A stretch of 64,000 bases of DNA, from IMG/VR virus record IMGVR_UViG_3300044712_000179, positions 1,024-65,023 of that record; one strand, 5' to 3'. The notes under the pieces were generated by a model. That model was not told the DNA's origin. It saw only the letters and a program-made list of their open reading frames with translations, and searched no databases. Positions within the stretch are counted from its first letter, which is position 1. Every line of letters begins with the position of its first letter. The DNA is from a virus (taxonomy: Duplodnaviria > Caudoviricetes). This document shows positions 1-9,001 of the stretch, in pieces. The position numbers and the translations under genes were made by a program.

Positions 1-1
1 C

Positions 2-427
2 CTTGAATTAGCCACAATTGGAGGGGAGGCGCATATTCCCGAGAATGTAGGCGCGGAGGCTATTAAAAAGGCGAAAAAGGTATCGGAGGAGGTACAAGCT
101 AGAAAAAAGGCTAATGCTGCAAGGCTTGACAAAATAGAGTCTTTAAGCCAAATTCTAAAGGATGTTAAGGAATTCGGAGGCGAATATTTAGGCCTAATTG
201 AGTCTAAATACAGCGTAAAAATAACCAATGATATGTTAAAAGCTGTTATCCCCTCAATGTTCTTGCATATGCAAACAGAAAAAGAAAGGGAAATTCAAGC
301 TAAAAATCCTAATCGTTGGAAATTCAACAAGGTATTGATATTAATAGCTCGCTACTACAAACAAAAATTAGCCACTGAAAAATTGGCAATTAGAACCGAA
401 AAGGTGTTAAGTAAATTGGAGGCGTAA
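2..427 (+). CDS. Hypothetical protein, 5'-truncated at window edge
   Basis: The frame of ORF 233..427 stays open back to position 2 (LELATIGGEAHIPENVG...). Confidence 0.75.
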   Translation, partial: LELATIGGEAHIPENVGAEAIKKAKKVSEEVQARKKANAARLDKIESLSQILKDVKEFGGEYLGLIESKYSVKITNDMLKAVIPSMFLHMQTEKEREIQAKNPNRWKFNKVLILIARYYKQKLATEKLAIRTEKVLSKLEA

Positions 428-429
428 TA

Positions 430-970
430 GCCCCTAATTAACCCTAATTAACGCTATTTAGTAGCGTGGTAATATCGAATATTAGTTAGGGTTCAAATAT
501 CGGGATTATGTCCCGAATATATAGACACATAATAAAATGTTGTAATGTGTTAAGGCTTGAAAATTGGGTAATGCTCAATTGATAGCCGAGCCAACAAAGT
601 ATCTTTGAAATATTTTCCTTGCCTCCTATCTTACAAATAGGAGCTAAAAAACGCGTGTAAGTTCCTTATATCTGTTTATACTTGCCTATTAAAATTACTT
701 GAAAAATAGTAAGGCCGTTACCTATAAAGTATATTAAGAATGATATTAAGGAGGTTTAGCTTACAAGAGGGAGCAATGCGCGAAAGCCTTGCAATAGCTA
801 TAAAATAGAACCCTACTTTATATGATAAAATATGTTAGCGTATCGCTGTACTAATGTATTCATATACTGACAACATAAAACAGCCACTCCGTAATCATAC
901 AGAGTATAAACCAATACAACACAAAAAAGATATTAAGGGGGCAAGTATGCAAATACGCGTCCCCTTTTTT
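430..970 (+). ncRNA. Candidate structured non-coding RNA/leader
   Basis: ORF-free, with many nested inverted repeats (ccctaattaa/ttagttaggg, tcggga/tcccga, ctcctat/ataggag, tgtaag..tccttatatc/gatattaagga..cttaca). Confidence 0.4.
936..970 (+). terminator. Rho-independent terminator candidate
   Basis: aaggggg...gtcccctt stem followed by T run. Confidence 0.55.
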
Positions 971-972
971 AT

Positions 973-1019
973 GCCCCTAATAGTTCCTTAGATTAGTGCA
1001 ATTCTAGTCAGGGGCGCAA
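973..1019 (+). ncRNA. tRNA-like minihelix (acceptor stem + T-arm only)
   Basis: GCCCCT/AGGGGC stem stacked on ATTAG-TGCAATT-CTAGT T-arm, 3' GCAA. Confidence 0.4.
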
Positions 1020-1058
1020 TGTGCAATACCGCACAGATACAAATAAATAACCAATAAA

Positions 1059-1241
1059 ATGGCACAAAAAGTCTATTCAACAACAGCACCCGTTAAATTA
1101 CGCAAACGATTGTATGTAAAGGACAAAATGATTCGAGCATACATACAACTAGGAATGCCCACGATTACCGCTGTGGGCAAGGTAGATTGTATTCTAAAGG
1201 AAATAGGATACAAGTCCTCACTTAAATTTCAAACCGCTTAA
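1059..1241 (+). CDS. Hypothetical protein
   Basis: ORF with A-rich start context. Confidence 0.65.
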   Translation: MAQKVYSTTAPVKLRKRLYVKDKMIRAYIQLGMPTITAVGKVDCILKEIGYKSSLKFQTA

Positions 1242-1252
1242 ATCGTCTACAA

Positions 1253-1450
1253 ATGCAAAAGAATTTATTTAAAGCTGTCTTATTTCTAATAATGACGATA
1301 GCAGGCATTGGGCTGTTTTTCTATTTTATGGAATACAGTTCAACAAGTATGGCAATGGTCTGTTATTTCTCCCTATCTGGGTTTCTATTGTCTTACAAGG
1401 AGTATTTAGATTATAAACAAACTAAAAAACCTTTAAGATGGCACGATTAA
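1253..1450 (+). CDS. Small membrane protein
   Basis: Two hydrophobic segments. Confidence 0.65.
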   Translation: MQKNLFKAVLFLIMTIAGIGLFFYFMEYSSTSMAMVCYFSLSGFLLSYKEYLDYKQTKKPLRWHD

Positions 1451-1590
1451 CAGAATGGTATTACAAAGCCTACTTCATCAACTTGATTACAACTGATGAG
1501 GGAACAGAGAGGTACAAGGTAGATATTGATGGGTCATTACACAACTCACTCAATACAGCCAAATCTCACATAGATTATTTAGCCAAATAA
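1438..1590 (+). CDS. Hypothetical 50-aa protein (not in ORF track)
   Basis: MARLTEWYYKAYFIN...HIDYLAK fills the gap between neighbours. Confidence 0.6.
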   Translation: MARLTEWYYKAYFINLITTDEGTERYKVDIDGSLHNSLNTAKSHIDYLAK

Positions 1591-1603
1591 AAACTATCAT
1601 CAA

Positions 1604-1975
1604 ATGAAGCACAACAAAGACACAATACTTAAAATAGCTGTTGATTTTGAGTTTGAAGGCGGGCCCTTACCCTCAAATAGTAAGACAGCTCAACAATGGT
1701 TTGGGCTACTATTAACCCCTAGCGAGTATGACAATATGATAGACTCGTTAAATGCATACAGGGGCGAAGATGGAGCTAATTCTATTCTAGGACAAATATT
1801 TTCTAATCCCGCTTCTGCTGTCAATGAGGCGTTCACTTGGTCAGAAACAGAACAAGGACACGAATATTGGAACAGGGTTTATAATAGAATGGAAGCATAT
1901 ACCCCCGATGAAGATGAGGAAGAAGAGGATGACGACTATGATGAATATGATGGGGATGAAGATGATGACTGGTAA
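1604..1975 (+). CDS. FxWxxTxxGxxYW-motif protein with acidic tail
   Basis: AFTWSETEQGHEYW motif shared with 5829..6146 and 6161..6472; D/E-rich C-terminus. Confidence 0.8.
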   Translation: MKHNKDTILKIAVDFEFEGGPLPSNSKTAQQWFGLLLTPSEYDNMIDSLNAYRGEDGANSILGQIFSNPASAVNEAFTWSETEQGHEYWNRVYNRMEAYTPDEDEEEEDDDYDEYDGDEDDDW

Positions 1976-2137
1976 TTAAATAAACATATACATTAACCTT
2001 TAAACCACCACTACAAAAATGGAAGCAATTCTCCACGCTGTCGGTCTATGCCCCGACTCAAGCACCCACTTTAACCTTGTCTTATTCTCTGCTTATGAGG
2101 TAAGACATTATTTATTCACACTTAAACACATAGCGTT

Positions 2138-3373
2138 ATGCCTAATCAAATTGTAACACAAGACGAGGCAGTTCAAACAGAAGAACCCCTTGTAGAACAT
2201 AGAGATTGCGACGGCTGTAATACACATCTGCCAACCTCTGAACTCCTATTTATTCGAGAAGACAACGAGTATTATTGCTCGGAATGTCAGCCAGAATTAG
2301 ACCATTGCGACAGATGCGAAAGCTATTCAACAGACTTAAATATGAGGGATGTTGTATGCCTTGACGGTACAGAATCCACTTGTCAAAATTGTCGTAGCGG
2401 TATGGATACTTTCAGATGCGACAGATGCGCTTGCACCTACAACGCTGATGAGTTCGAGTCAAGAGAGGTGCGAGGTTACGGCTCAATATGTGAACGCTGT
2501 GAGGAGCATCTAAATATCAATGACTGCATTAATTGTGGCGACTCTTTCGAGAGAGGTAACCTATACGAAACCTCCGACGGCTTATGTTGCGGAGATTGTA
2601 GAAGGTCATCAGACGGAGCATACATACACAATTACAGCTTCAAGCCTAAGACTAGGTTCATTATGTCAGAAGCAGAGAAGGCTTCTAATAAGAAACCAGA
2701 GCTGTTCTTTGGTTTAGAGTTGGAGGTAGAGAAATCAGGCTCTGTTCAAATTGATACCATAGCCAACAAGATACAGCAGAAAGGTATCTTATACTTCAAG
2801 AATGACGGCAGTCTAAATCACGGCTTTGAGATTGTATCTCATCCTATGTCTTACGATTTCATTATCGAACAGAAAGACAAGATGTTCTTGAATATACTCA
2901 ATACGCTTATCGAGAGTAAGTACAGGTCTTATGATACTTCTACTTGTGGTATGCATATCCACCTAAGTAAGAAAGCATTCGGCACTTGGCAGCTGTATAG
3001 ATTTATCAAGTTCTTTATGGAGAACAAGCAGTTCGTAACAGCTATCTCTCAACGCAAGTTGGAGAACTTAGATAGATGGGCGGCTATCGAGAGTGAGCCT
3101 GACTCCTCTATCATATACAAGGCTAAGAAAAAGTCTGGCAACTCTAAGAGATATGTAGCCATCAACTTACAGAACGAGCATACTGTTGAGCTTAGAATTT
3201 TTAGAGGTACGCTTAACATTCATTCATTCACTAAGAACATTGAGTTCTGTTATGCCTTGTTCAACTTCACTAGAGATGTCAATGATACATCTATCGAAGC
3301 ATTCAAGAAATATATCAATCAATCAAACGAGTACTCTGTACTTAAGAAATTTATTAAAACTAAAAACTTATAA
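2138..3373 (+). CDS. Putative amidoligase (COOH-NH2 ligase, Amidoligase_2-like) with N-terminal CxxC repeats
   Basis: FGLELEVE, DGSL, GFEIVSHP, TCGMHIHLS, RYVAINL, TVELRIFRGTL motifs; about ten CxxC pairs in first 155 aa. Confidence 0.85.
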   Translation: MPNQIVTQDEAVQTEEPLVEHRDCDGCNTHLPTSELLFIREDNEYYCSECQPELDHCDRCESYSTDLNMRDVVCLDGTESTCQNCRSGMDTFRCDRCACTYNADEFESREVRGYGSICERCEEHLNINDCINCGDSFERGNLYETSDGLCCGDCRRSSDGAYIHNYSFKPKTRFIMSEAEKASNKKPELFFGLELEVEKSGSVQIDTIANKIQQKGILYFKNDGSLNHGFEIVSHPMSYDFIIEQKDKMFLNILNTLIESKYRSYDTSTCGMHIHLSKKAFGTWQLYRFIKFFMENKQFVTAISQRKLENLDRWAAIESEPDSSIIYKAKKKSGNSKRYVAINLQNEHTVELRIFRGTLNIHSFTKNIEFCYALFNFTRDVNDTSIEAFKKYINQSNEYSVLKKFIKTKNL

Positions 3374-3378
3374 TTATT

Positions 3379-4323
3379 ATGTGTGTAATTGCAATACAAC
3401 CAAGAGGCGTTCAAATCAGTAGAGAATATTTGCAAAATTGTTGGGATACTAATAGTCACGGAGCTGGCTTAATGTATGCGCACAACGGCAAGATCATTGT
3501 CAAGAAAGAGATGGATTCATTTGACAAGTTTATGACTTATGTTCAGCAAGCATCCAAGCACGATTCAGCTGTTGTTATCCACTTCCGTATCGCTACGAGT
3601 GGCGGTATCAATGACTACAACTGTCATCCATTCAAGGTGCACAAGAATTTATATTTTTGCCACAACGGTATTTTAGATATTACAGTACCCCACGGCAGCA
3701 AGGAGAACGATACGCAGATATTCAACAATGGTTTGATGAAGCCACTTCCTTACAACTTCTACAAGAACAATGCTATTATGAACTTATTAGAGTTCACTAT
3801 CGGTAGTTACAACAAGTTTGTATTCTTAGATGATGCGGGCGACTACTATATCCTTAATGAGAAAGCGGGTGAGTGGTCAGAAGAAGGCGCGTGGTTCTCT
3901 AACACTTCATACAAAAGACCCAAGTATACAGCTCCCTCGCATTATGGCTACAATAAAGGATACTACGGAACAGGTTATTATCAAGGCAAGCCGTCTTATG
4001 ACTGGGATGACGACGACTACGCATACGCAAAGCCTAGCACGACGACCAAAGATGCATTCGAAGAAGAGGACAAAGAGATAACAGCTAAAGAAATAGCTGA
4101 CTTATCTACCGAGTATGATTTCTGTGACTCGTGTTCTAATTGGGTAGACTTAGGCGACACACGATTAATCTCTGATTATAATACTGTTATGTGTTCTGGT
4201 TGCAGAGAAGACTTTCAAGTTGGAGAGTTCAACCCCGATAGAAAGGTAACGGATGATATCGATAAGCCTGCAACACAATACAAGATGTTCGCTAATGCAG
4301 AAGACCATTTATATTACGACTAG
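3379..4323 (+). CDS. Class II (Ntn) glutamine amidotransferase
   Basis: N-terminal MC, NSHGAG, HFRIATSG, HPF, HNG, NDT motifs; Y/G-rich linker and CxxC..CxxC tail. Confidence 0.88.
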   Translation: MCVIAIQPRGVQISREYLQNCWDTNSHGAGLMYAHNGKIIVKKEMDSFDKFMTYVQQASKHDSAVVIHFRIATSGGINDYNCHPFKVHKNLYFCHNGILDITVPHGSKENDTQIFNNGLMKPLPYNFYKNNAIMNLLEFTIGSYNKFVFLDDAGDYYILNEKAGEWSEEGAWFSNTSYKRPKYTAPSHYGYNKGYYGTGYYQGKPSYDWDDDDYAYAKPSTTTKDAFEEEDKEITAKEIADLSTEYDFCDSCSNWVDLGDTRLISDYNTVMCSGCREDFQVGEFNPDRKVTDDIDKPATQYKMFANAEDHLYYD

Positions 4324-4345
4324 TATTCCCCATCTATAACAAAAG

Positions 4346-4388
4346 AACAACAGCCTTCTATCTCTAATAGGTAGGGGCTGTTTGTTTT
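4346..4388 (+). terminator. Rho-independent terminator
   Basis: cagccttcta...taggggctg hairpin plus T-rich tail after the GATase. Confidence 0.6.
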
Positions 4389-4414
4389 ATACATCATCAT
4401 TTAAATTATAATGT

Positions 4415-4765
4415 ATGGCACGAAATAGAAAGCTAACACTATGGGTTAGGAAGATGCCTAAGCCACTTAGGAAATATGCTATTCAAAGAGCTACTGAATT
4501 AGGCTGTGTCAATCATAAGTACAGCAGTTTACAAAATGTAGTTCGTATGACATCCAATTACAGAAATGGATTTGGTAGGGATAATAAACATAAGCGAGCA
4601 ATTAGAGAATGGTTTGAGCAAGAACAATTGAAACTAGAACAACAAATGGTATCAGCTGGTTTATCATCAAGCTATACTTATACATACGACAGAGCCGTAG
4701 TTAGGGCATTTGAATTGATAGCACAGCAAGCATTAGCGAATGATGTAGACCCCTTTAACTTTTAA
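4415..4765 (+). CDS. Paralog array member 1
   Basis: N-terminus RKLTLWVRKMP. Confidence 0.75.
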   Translation: MARNRKLTLWVRKMPKPLRKYAIQRATELGCVNHKYSSLQNVVRMTSNYRNGFGRDNKHKRAIREWFEQEQLKLEQQMVSAGLSSSYTYTYDRAVVRAFELIAQQALANDVDPFNF

Positions 4766-4776
4766 TATATAATACT

Positions 4777-5109
4777 ATGCCAAGAAGAAGACTATCGCTT
4801 ATTAAAAAGAAAATGCACAAGGATATCATAGAGATTATTGACAGAGGACTGTTGCCGTATACCGATAATAATAAGAAAGCTAAACTGAATGCCAAGTATA
4901 CTAGCGTTCAAGATGCGTTGTCTAATGTGTATGGATGGGGTGTTCTATCTCAACAAGACAGAGATAAGATAAGGATTTATTATAGACAATGGGATTTACA
5001 AAGCAGCCTATGTGAATTCGATTATCCCGCTGAAGGAATATTCGTGCAGACTAAGCGAGGCGACTATAAATACCAACCTATTGAAGAATATCAAACAGAA
5101 TGCATATGA
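4777..5109 (+). CDS. Paralog array member 2
   Basis: N-terminus RRLSLIKKKM; KYTSVQDA resembles KYSSLQNV and RYGSIRSA. Confidence 0.7.
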   Translation: MPRRRLSLIKKKMHKDIIEIIDRGLLPYTDNNKKAKLNAKYTSVQDALSNVYGWGVLSQQDRDKIRIYYRQWDLQSSLCEFDYPAEGIFVQTKRGDYKYQPIEEYQTECI

Positions 5110-5372
5110 GAAGGTATAGAAAACTATCATTAATCATTAGGGGCTGTTCTCCTAAGTTCAAGGAAATATTTGAGCGAAAGGTAAAGTATGGCGGAGTTAA
5201 TGCTAGTGAACGATACGGCTCAATAAGAAGTGCAGCTATGTCGTTATATAGAAGTGGCTCATACCTTGGAACTTTGGAAGACGACGCATTTATATACAAG
5301 AACTATATGCTACTTCCATATGATGATTACAAGCATCCATTTAAAGAAACTAAACAAGATTCATATGCCTAA
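5106..5372 (+). CDS. Paralog array member 3
   Basis: MRRYRKLSLIIRGCSPKFKEIFERK; duplicate of next ORF. Confidence 0.8.
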   Translation: MRRYRKLSLIIRGCSPKFKEIFERKVKYGGVNASERYGSIRSAAMSLYRSGSYLGTLEDDAFIYKNYMLLPYDDYKHPFKETKQDSYA

Positions 5373-5620
5373 GTATAGAAAACTTTCGTTAATAATGAGA
5401 GGCTGTTCGCCTAGATTCAAAGAGATATTTGAGCGAAAAATAAAGTATGGAGCAGTTAAGGCAGACCGTAAATTTGAGTCAATAAGAGCTGCGGCTGTTT
5501 ATGTGTATAGAGAGGGTTATTATCCTTCTAGTAAGGAAGATGACGATTTTATATATGATAACCATACATTACTTAATAGTAGCGGCTCTTCTAATCCATT
5601 TAAAGAAACTAAACAAGATT
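5335..5620 (+). repeat. 27-bp direct repeat marking tandem gene duplication
   Basis: atccatttaaagaaactaaacaagatt at 5335-5361 and 5594-5620. Confidence 0.9.
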
Positions 5621-5631
5621 GTTATGTTTAA
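5365..5631 (+). CDS. Paralog array member 4
   Basis: MPKYRKLSLIMRGCSPRFKEIFERK; start reassigned to ATG 5365 by paralogy. Confidence 0.8.
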   Translation: MPKYRKLSLIMRGCSPRFKEIFERKIKYGAVKADRKFESIRAAAVYVYREGYYPSSKEDDDFIYDNHTLLNSSGSSNPFKETKQDCYV

Positions 5632-5839
5632 AAGAAAAACAGTAAAGCTATGGCTTAGGAGTTTACCCGAGCCAGAGAGAACTCAAGCGTTATCTTATGA
5701 TATTCGTAATCAGTTCTCTAAGTTTAAGGCTACAGATATGCTTGATGCCTTGTTAACAGCTCACGCTGTAACAGACCGAAGTTTATTTATCAGTCTATAC
5801 AGAACAGAAAAACTTAAATCTATTGCATATGCAGCGTAA
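5624..5839 (+). CDS. Paralog array member 5
   Basis: MFKRKTVKLWLRSLPE; start reassigned to ATG 5624. Confidence 0.75.
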   Translation: MFKRKTVKLWLRSLPEPERTQALSYDIRNQFSKFKATDMLDALLTAHAVTDRSLFISLYRTEKLKSIAYAA

Positions 5840-6146
5840 AACAATCAATCTATGGCTAAGAGCGCTTCCTAAAGAGGTGGCTGAGAAAGCTATAACAGCA
5901 AGGAAAAATGAGACAAGGGGTATATACACGCCTAATCCTAAAGTAAAGAGACTATCCGAAGCCGTAGATATGGCATTTTCGTGGTCGCATACTCCCGAAG
6001 GGTGGGCGTATTGGTTTAGGGTAAAGCATAACTTAATTAGGCTAGAGGAGACTAGCCCTTCGCGATACGGAGAAGATTGGTCAATGTCTAATATAGATAA
6101 AGAGTGGAGTGGCTGTTATTATAGACAGAAATCTGCATTTGCTTAA
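5829..6146 (+). CDS. Paralog array member 6
   Basis: RKTINLWLRALP and AFSWSHTPEGWAYW. Confidence 0.8.
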   Translation: MQRKTINLWLRALPKEVAEKAITARKNETRGIYTPNPKVKRLSEAVDMAFSWSHTPEGWAYWFRVKHNLIRLEETSPSRYGEDWSMSNIDKEWSGCYYRQKSAFA

Positions 6147-6160
6147 TTAAAATATATTTT

Positions 6161-6472
6161 ATGGAAAGAATCTACGCTGGAAAGTCAAAAAGTATTGACC
6201 TTTGGTTTAAGAAATTGCCAAAACATATTCAAGAGAAAGCCTTTGCCAATAGGAAAAGATACTTATCTGGAAGGCTGAATCACAGTGCTGCTACAAGAAA
6301 GCAGATTAGCCTAAGCGATGCTATATTCTATGGATTTTGTTGGGCTGAAACGCCAGAAGAATTTGATTATTGGAAAATCATTAAAGAGAATACGGCAGAA
6401 CTTCATTACAGAACATCTAAAACTATTGATGATATAGAAGAAAAATGGGATGGGGTTGATTATAATAATTAA
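6161..6472 (+). CDS. Paralog array member 7
   Basis: KSIDLWFKKLP and GFCWAETPEEFDYW. Confidence 0.8.
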   Translation: MERIYAGKSKSIDLWFKKLPKHIQEKAFANRKRYLSGRLNHSAATRKQISLSDAIFYGFCWAETPEEFDYWKIIKENTAELHYRTSKTIDDIEEKWDGVDYNN

Positions 6473-6493
6473 ATCATTTAAAAACTATTAACA

Positions 6494-6910
6494 ATGAATT
6501 ATTCATTTTATTTATTCGTACAATTACGAACACTAATCTTAGGCAGTCCAGAAGCGTACGATGTACAATTCGGAGTTGATCAAAATTTATTTGTTATGTA
6601 TGAAAAGTCTACATATAACAGAGAAGACTTATCAGAGTACGAATGTATGGTTAACTTCTTGACCGCATACAAGAACGGAGAAGTGCATTGCATTATGGAC
6701 AGCTTCAATAACTACTTATCTAAAAACGATTGGGTAGTACTACTTGAAGATAGGGATATAGAACACGATATCATCAAGCCTAAAACAGGAGATGTATTGA
6801 AATTTATTAGAACTAACGACAACGACCCATTCATAGGAGAGTTCACTCATTTAGCTAGTAATCAGCCATTAAATATATTCGCTGACCGAACACTTAAATT
6901 AAACAAGTAA
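6494..6910 (+). CDS. Hypothetical protein
   Basis: ORF in dense operon. Confidence 0.7.
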   Translation: MNYSFYLFVQLRTLILGSPEAYDVQFGVDQNLFVMYEKSTYNREDLSEYECMVNFLTAYKNGEVHCIMDSFNNYLSKNDWVVLLEDRDIEHDIIKPKTGDVLKFIRTNDNDPFIGEFTHLASNQPLNIFADRTLKLNK

Positions 6911-6911
6911 T

Positions 6912-7100
6912 ATGGAAAAGATATATACAATTGGACAGCTAAAGGAAGCTATAAAATATTTTAATGACAACGATGAATTAGCCATTGAGATACACGAAGA
7001 CTCTCGCGGTGAAGGCTTATACATACCGTATATAGATGTTATACACGGAGTTGTAACCGCCAATGGGACATTCGTATCGGAAGTAAGGCTGTGTATTTAA
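6912..7100 (+). CDS. Hypothetical protein
   Basis: ORF abutting previous gene. Confidence 0.65.
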   Translation: MEKIYTIGQLKEAIKYFNDNDELAIEIHEDSRGEGLYIPYIDVIHGVVTANGTFVSEVRLCI

Positions 7101-7160
7101 TTAAAAATAAGCCATCTATTTATTGCAGAATTGCAAATAATGTACTAATTTTACAAAAAT

Positions 7161-7403
7161 ATGAAGACATATAAAGTTATCAGTGAATTAACAATACGCT
7201 CTGGAAGTAAGGAGCAGCGCGACTTTTCGTTTACAGACGAAGAATTAGCCAATCGTTTTTATAGAGATACACTCGGCAATATGGCTGAGGATATCGCTGA
7301 TTTTGGAGGGGAGTTCGTATCCACTATGATACAAGTAGACGAGAATGGATTAGAGTCTTATGCTAAAAGACATACCATATCAACAACACTAAACCCAATA
7401 TAA
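7161..7403 (+). CDS. Hypothetical protein
   Basis: ORF downstream of TAATTTTA -7-like box at 7146. Confidence 0.65.
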   Translation: MKTYKVISELTIRSGSKEQRDFSFTDEELANRFYRDTLGNMAEDIADFGGEFVSTMIQVDENGLESYAKRHTISTTLNPI

Positions 7404-7404
7404 T

Positions 7405-7632
7405 ATGAGTAAGACTAAAATTTACAAGCTGTACGAAGCATTGTCTGTTATCAAAGAAATAGACAGATTCAAGGATTGTGATATGATAGGAACTATTTAT
7501 AGAGAAACCGTACCCGAACATTACAAGTTAACGGAGTCAATGATTATCCATAACTATAATGTGGAGGTATACAATGCCGATGAGGTATATTTAATTTTAA
7601 TAAGACACTTAGGTATCTTTCAATGTATGTAA
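7405..7632 (+). CDS. Hypothetical protein
   Basis: ORF abutting previous gene. Confidence 0.6.
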   Translation: MSKTKIYKLYEALSVIKEIDRFKDCDMIGTIYRETVPEHYKLTESMIIHNYNVEVYNADEVYLILIRHLGIFQCM

Positions 7633-8057
7633 TTATGAGTATAGCAGAATGTGATGTGATAAGCCCATATGTGTACGCTGGTATAAGAAGAAAGAATTTA
7701 CCAAGCGACTTCAGGGATAGAATTAGAAGAAGAAGATGTAGGTATAAGATAGACTTTATATTTGAAGCTATCGAAATGGTTACAGAACATACCAAAGAAG
7801 AAATGCGTGGAAGGTACAGGGGAAGAACATTGGTTCAAGCAAGGCAAATGTATTGCCACTTTGCGAGTACTTTACTTGGATGGTCTTTAACAGATATAGG
7901 CAAGGCTATCAATAGAGACCACACTACCGTGATCCACTCGAAGGATGCGTTTAATGACCTATACCAAACGGATGATAATTTTAAAGATGATGCTGATAGA
8001 GTATTACAAGAAATAGAATGGATGACACAGGATATTATATTGAAAACGGAAGAGTAG
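7623..8057 (+). CDS. DnaA C-terminal (domain IV) HTH-like DNA-binding protein
   Basis: ARQMY...SLTDIGKAINRDHTTVIHS matches the DnaA domain IV signature. Confidence 0.85.
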   Translation: MYVIMSIAECDVISPYVYAGIRRKNLPSDFRDRIRRRRCRYKIDFIFEAIEMVTEHTKEEMRGRYRGRTLVQARQMYCHFASTLLGWSLTDIGKAINRDHTTVIHSKDAFNDLYQTDDNFKDDADRVLQEIEWMTQDIILKTEE

Positions 8058-8251
8058 TGTTTACGGAAAAATACCACTTAGAAAGGGGTTACTGTTGTAA
8101 CTCCGTTGGTGGTTGTAGGCATTGCCCTTATAAAAACAAACAAAATGGAAGTACTGAAAAAACTATTCACAACTCCGAGATCGGAGAAACCAACAATGAC
8201 TTACGACAAGGCTGTCCTTACAGCAGAATTGAGGACGAACCTATTGAATGA
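8018..8251 (+). CDS. DUF5522-like small Cys-rich protein
   Basis: YYIENGRVVFTEKYHLERGYCC..GCRHCPY. Confidence 0.7.
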   Translation: MDDTGYYIENGRVVFTEKYHLERGYCCNSVGGCRHCPYKNKQNGSTEKTIHNSEIGETNNDLRQGCPYSRIEDEPIE

Positions 8252-8531
8252 GCTGTTTGAGATACAGAGTAATATCCTAGATAAGAAAGGATATGACTAT
8301 GCGGGAGAAGATGTACTATCTAATTTTAGGCTTGCAGGGATGATTGTCAATCAAGGTAGCGCGCACCCTGACGCTGTCAATTGTCTTAACCTAATTGGAA
8401 CTAAGGTTGCAAGGTTGGGTCAATTACTATCATCAAACAAATCCGCACAAAATGAATCTGTACAGGATTCTATCGTAGACTTATGCAACTACTCGGCATT
8501 ACTTTACTTAATCTTAAAAATGGAGAAATAA
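8145..8531 (+). CDS. DUF1599 / nucleotide-modification-associated domain-like protein
   Basis: KKGYDYA..NF and DSIVDLCNYS motifs; start at ATG 8145. Confidence 0.65.
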   Translation: MEVLKKLFTTPRSEKPTMTYDKAVLTAELRTNLLNELFEIQSNILDKKGYDYAGEDVLSNFRLAGMIVNQGSAHPDAVNCLNLIGTKVARLGQLLSSNKSAQNESVQDSIVDLCNYSALLYLILKMEK

Positions 8532-8533
8532 TT

Positions 8534-8749
8534 ATGAAAAAAGAATTATCCTTATTAGAAAAAGCAAAACTTGTAAAAAGCAGTAAGAAAAATTATACTG
8601 AACAAGAAATAGAATTAGCTTTAGCTTGGGTAGACGGCTCGATTAGCCTTACGCAAATAGTAAAAGTGTTTCAACTTAAGTCTGTAACAGCAGGCTATAT
8701 ATTTATAGCTAATTGCCTTAAGTATTATATAAAAAATTCTAAAAAATAA
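8534..8749 (+). CDS. Hypothetical protein, possible HTH
   Basis: Start reassigned to ATG 8534. Confidence 0.6.
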   Translation: MKKELSLLEKAKLVKSSKKNYTEQEIELALAWVDGSISLTQIVKVFQLKSVTAGYIFIANCLKYYIKNSKK

Positions 8750-8752
8750 AAT

Positions 8753-8983
8753 ATGAAAACGCCAAAAGAAATTGCAATAGAATTAGTAGAAAAGTTTACA
8801 AGAAGTCAATATTATGGATGTCTTGGATGTGGAGAAGATTATGATGACAAACAAGAATCAGCTAAACAATGTGCATTAATAGCAGTAGATGAAATTATAA
8901 AATACTCCCCAAATAAACCTGATTATGAATCTGACCCAATAGAGTATTTTAATAAGGTTAAACAAGAAATAGAAAAATTATAA
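8753..8983 (+). CDS. Phage protein (TPKE..AKQCALIAVDE family)
   Basis: Paralog of 11775..12008. Confidence 0.8.
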   Translation: MKTPKEIAIELVEKFTRSQYYGCLGCGEDYDDKQESAKQCALIAVDEIIKYSPNKPDYESDPIEYFNKVKQEIEKL

Positions 8984-9001
8984 AATAAAAAAAACAAACA
9001 T

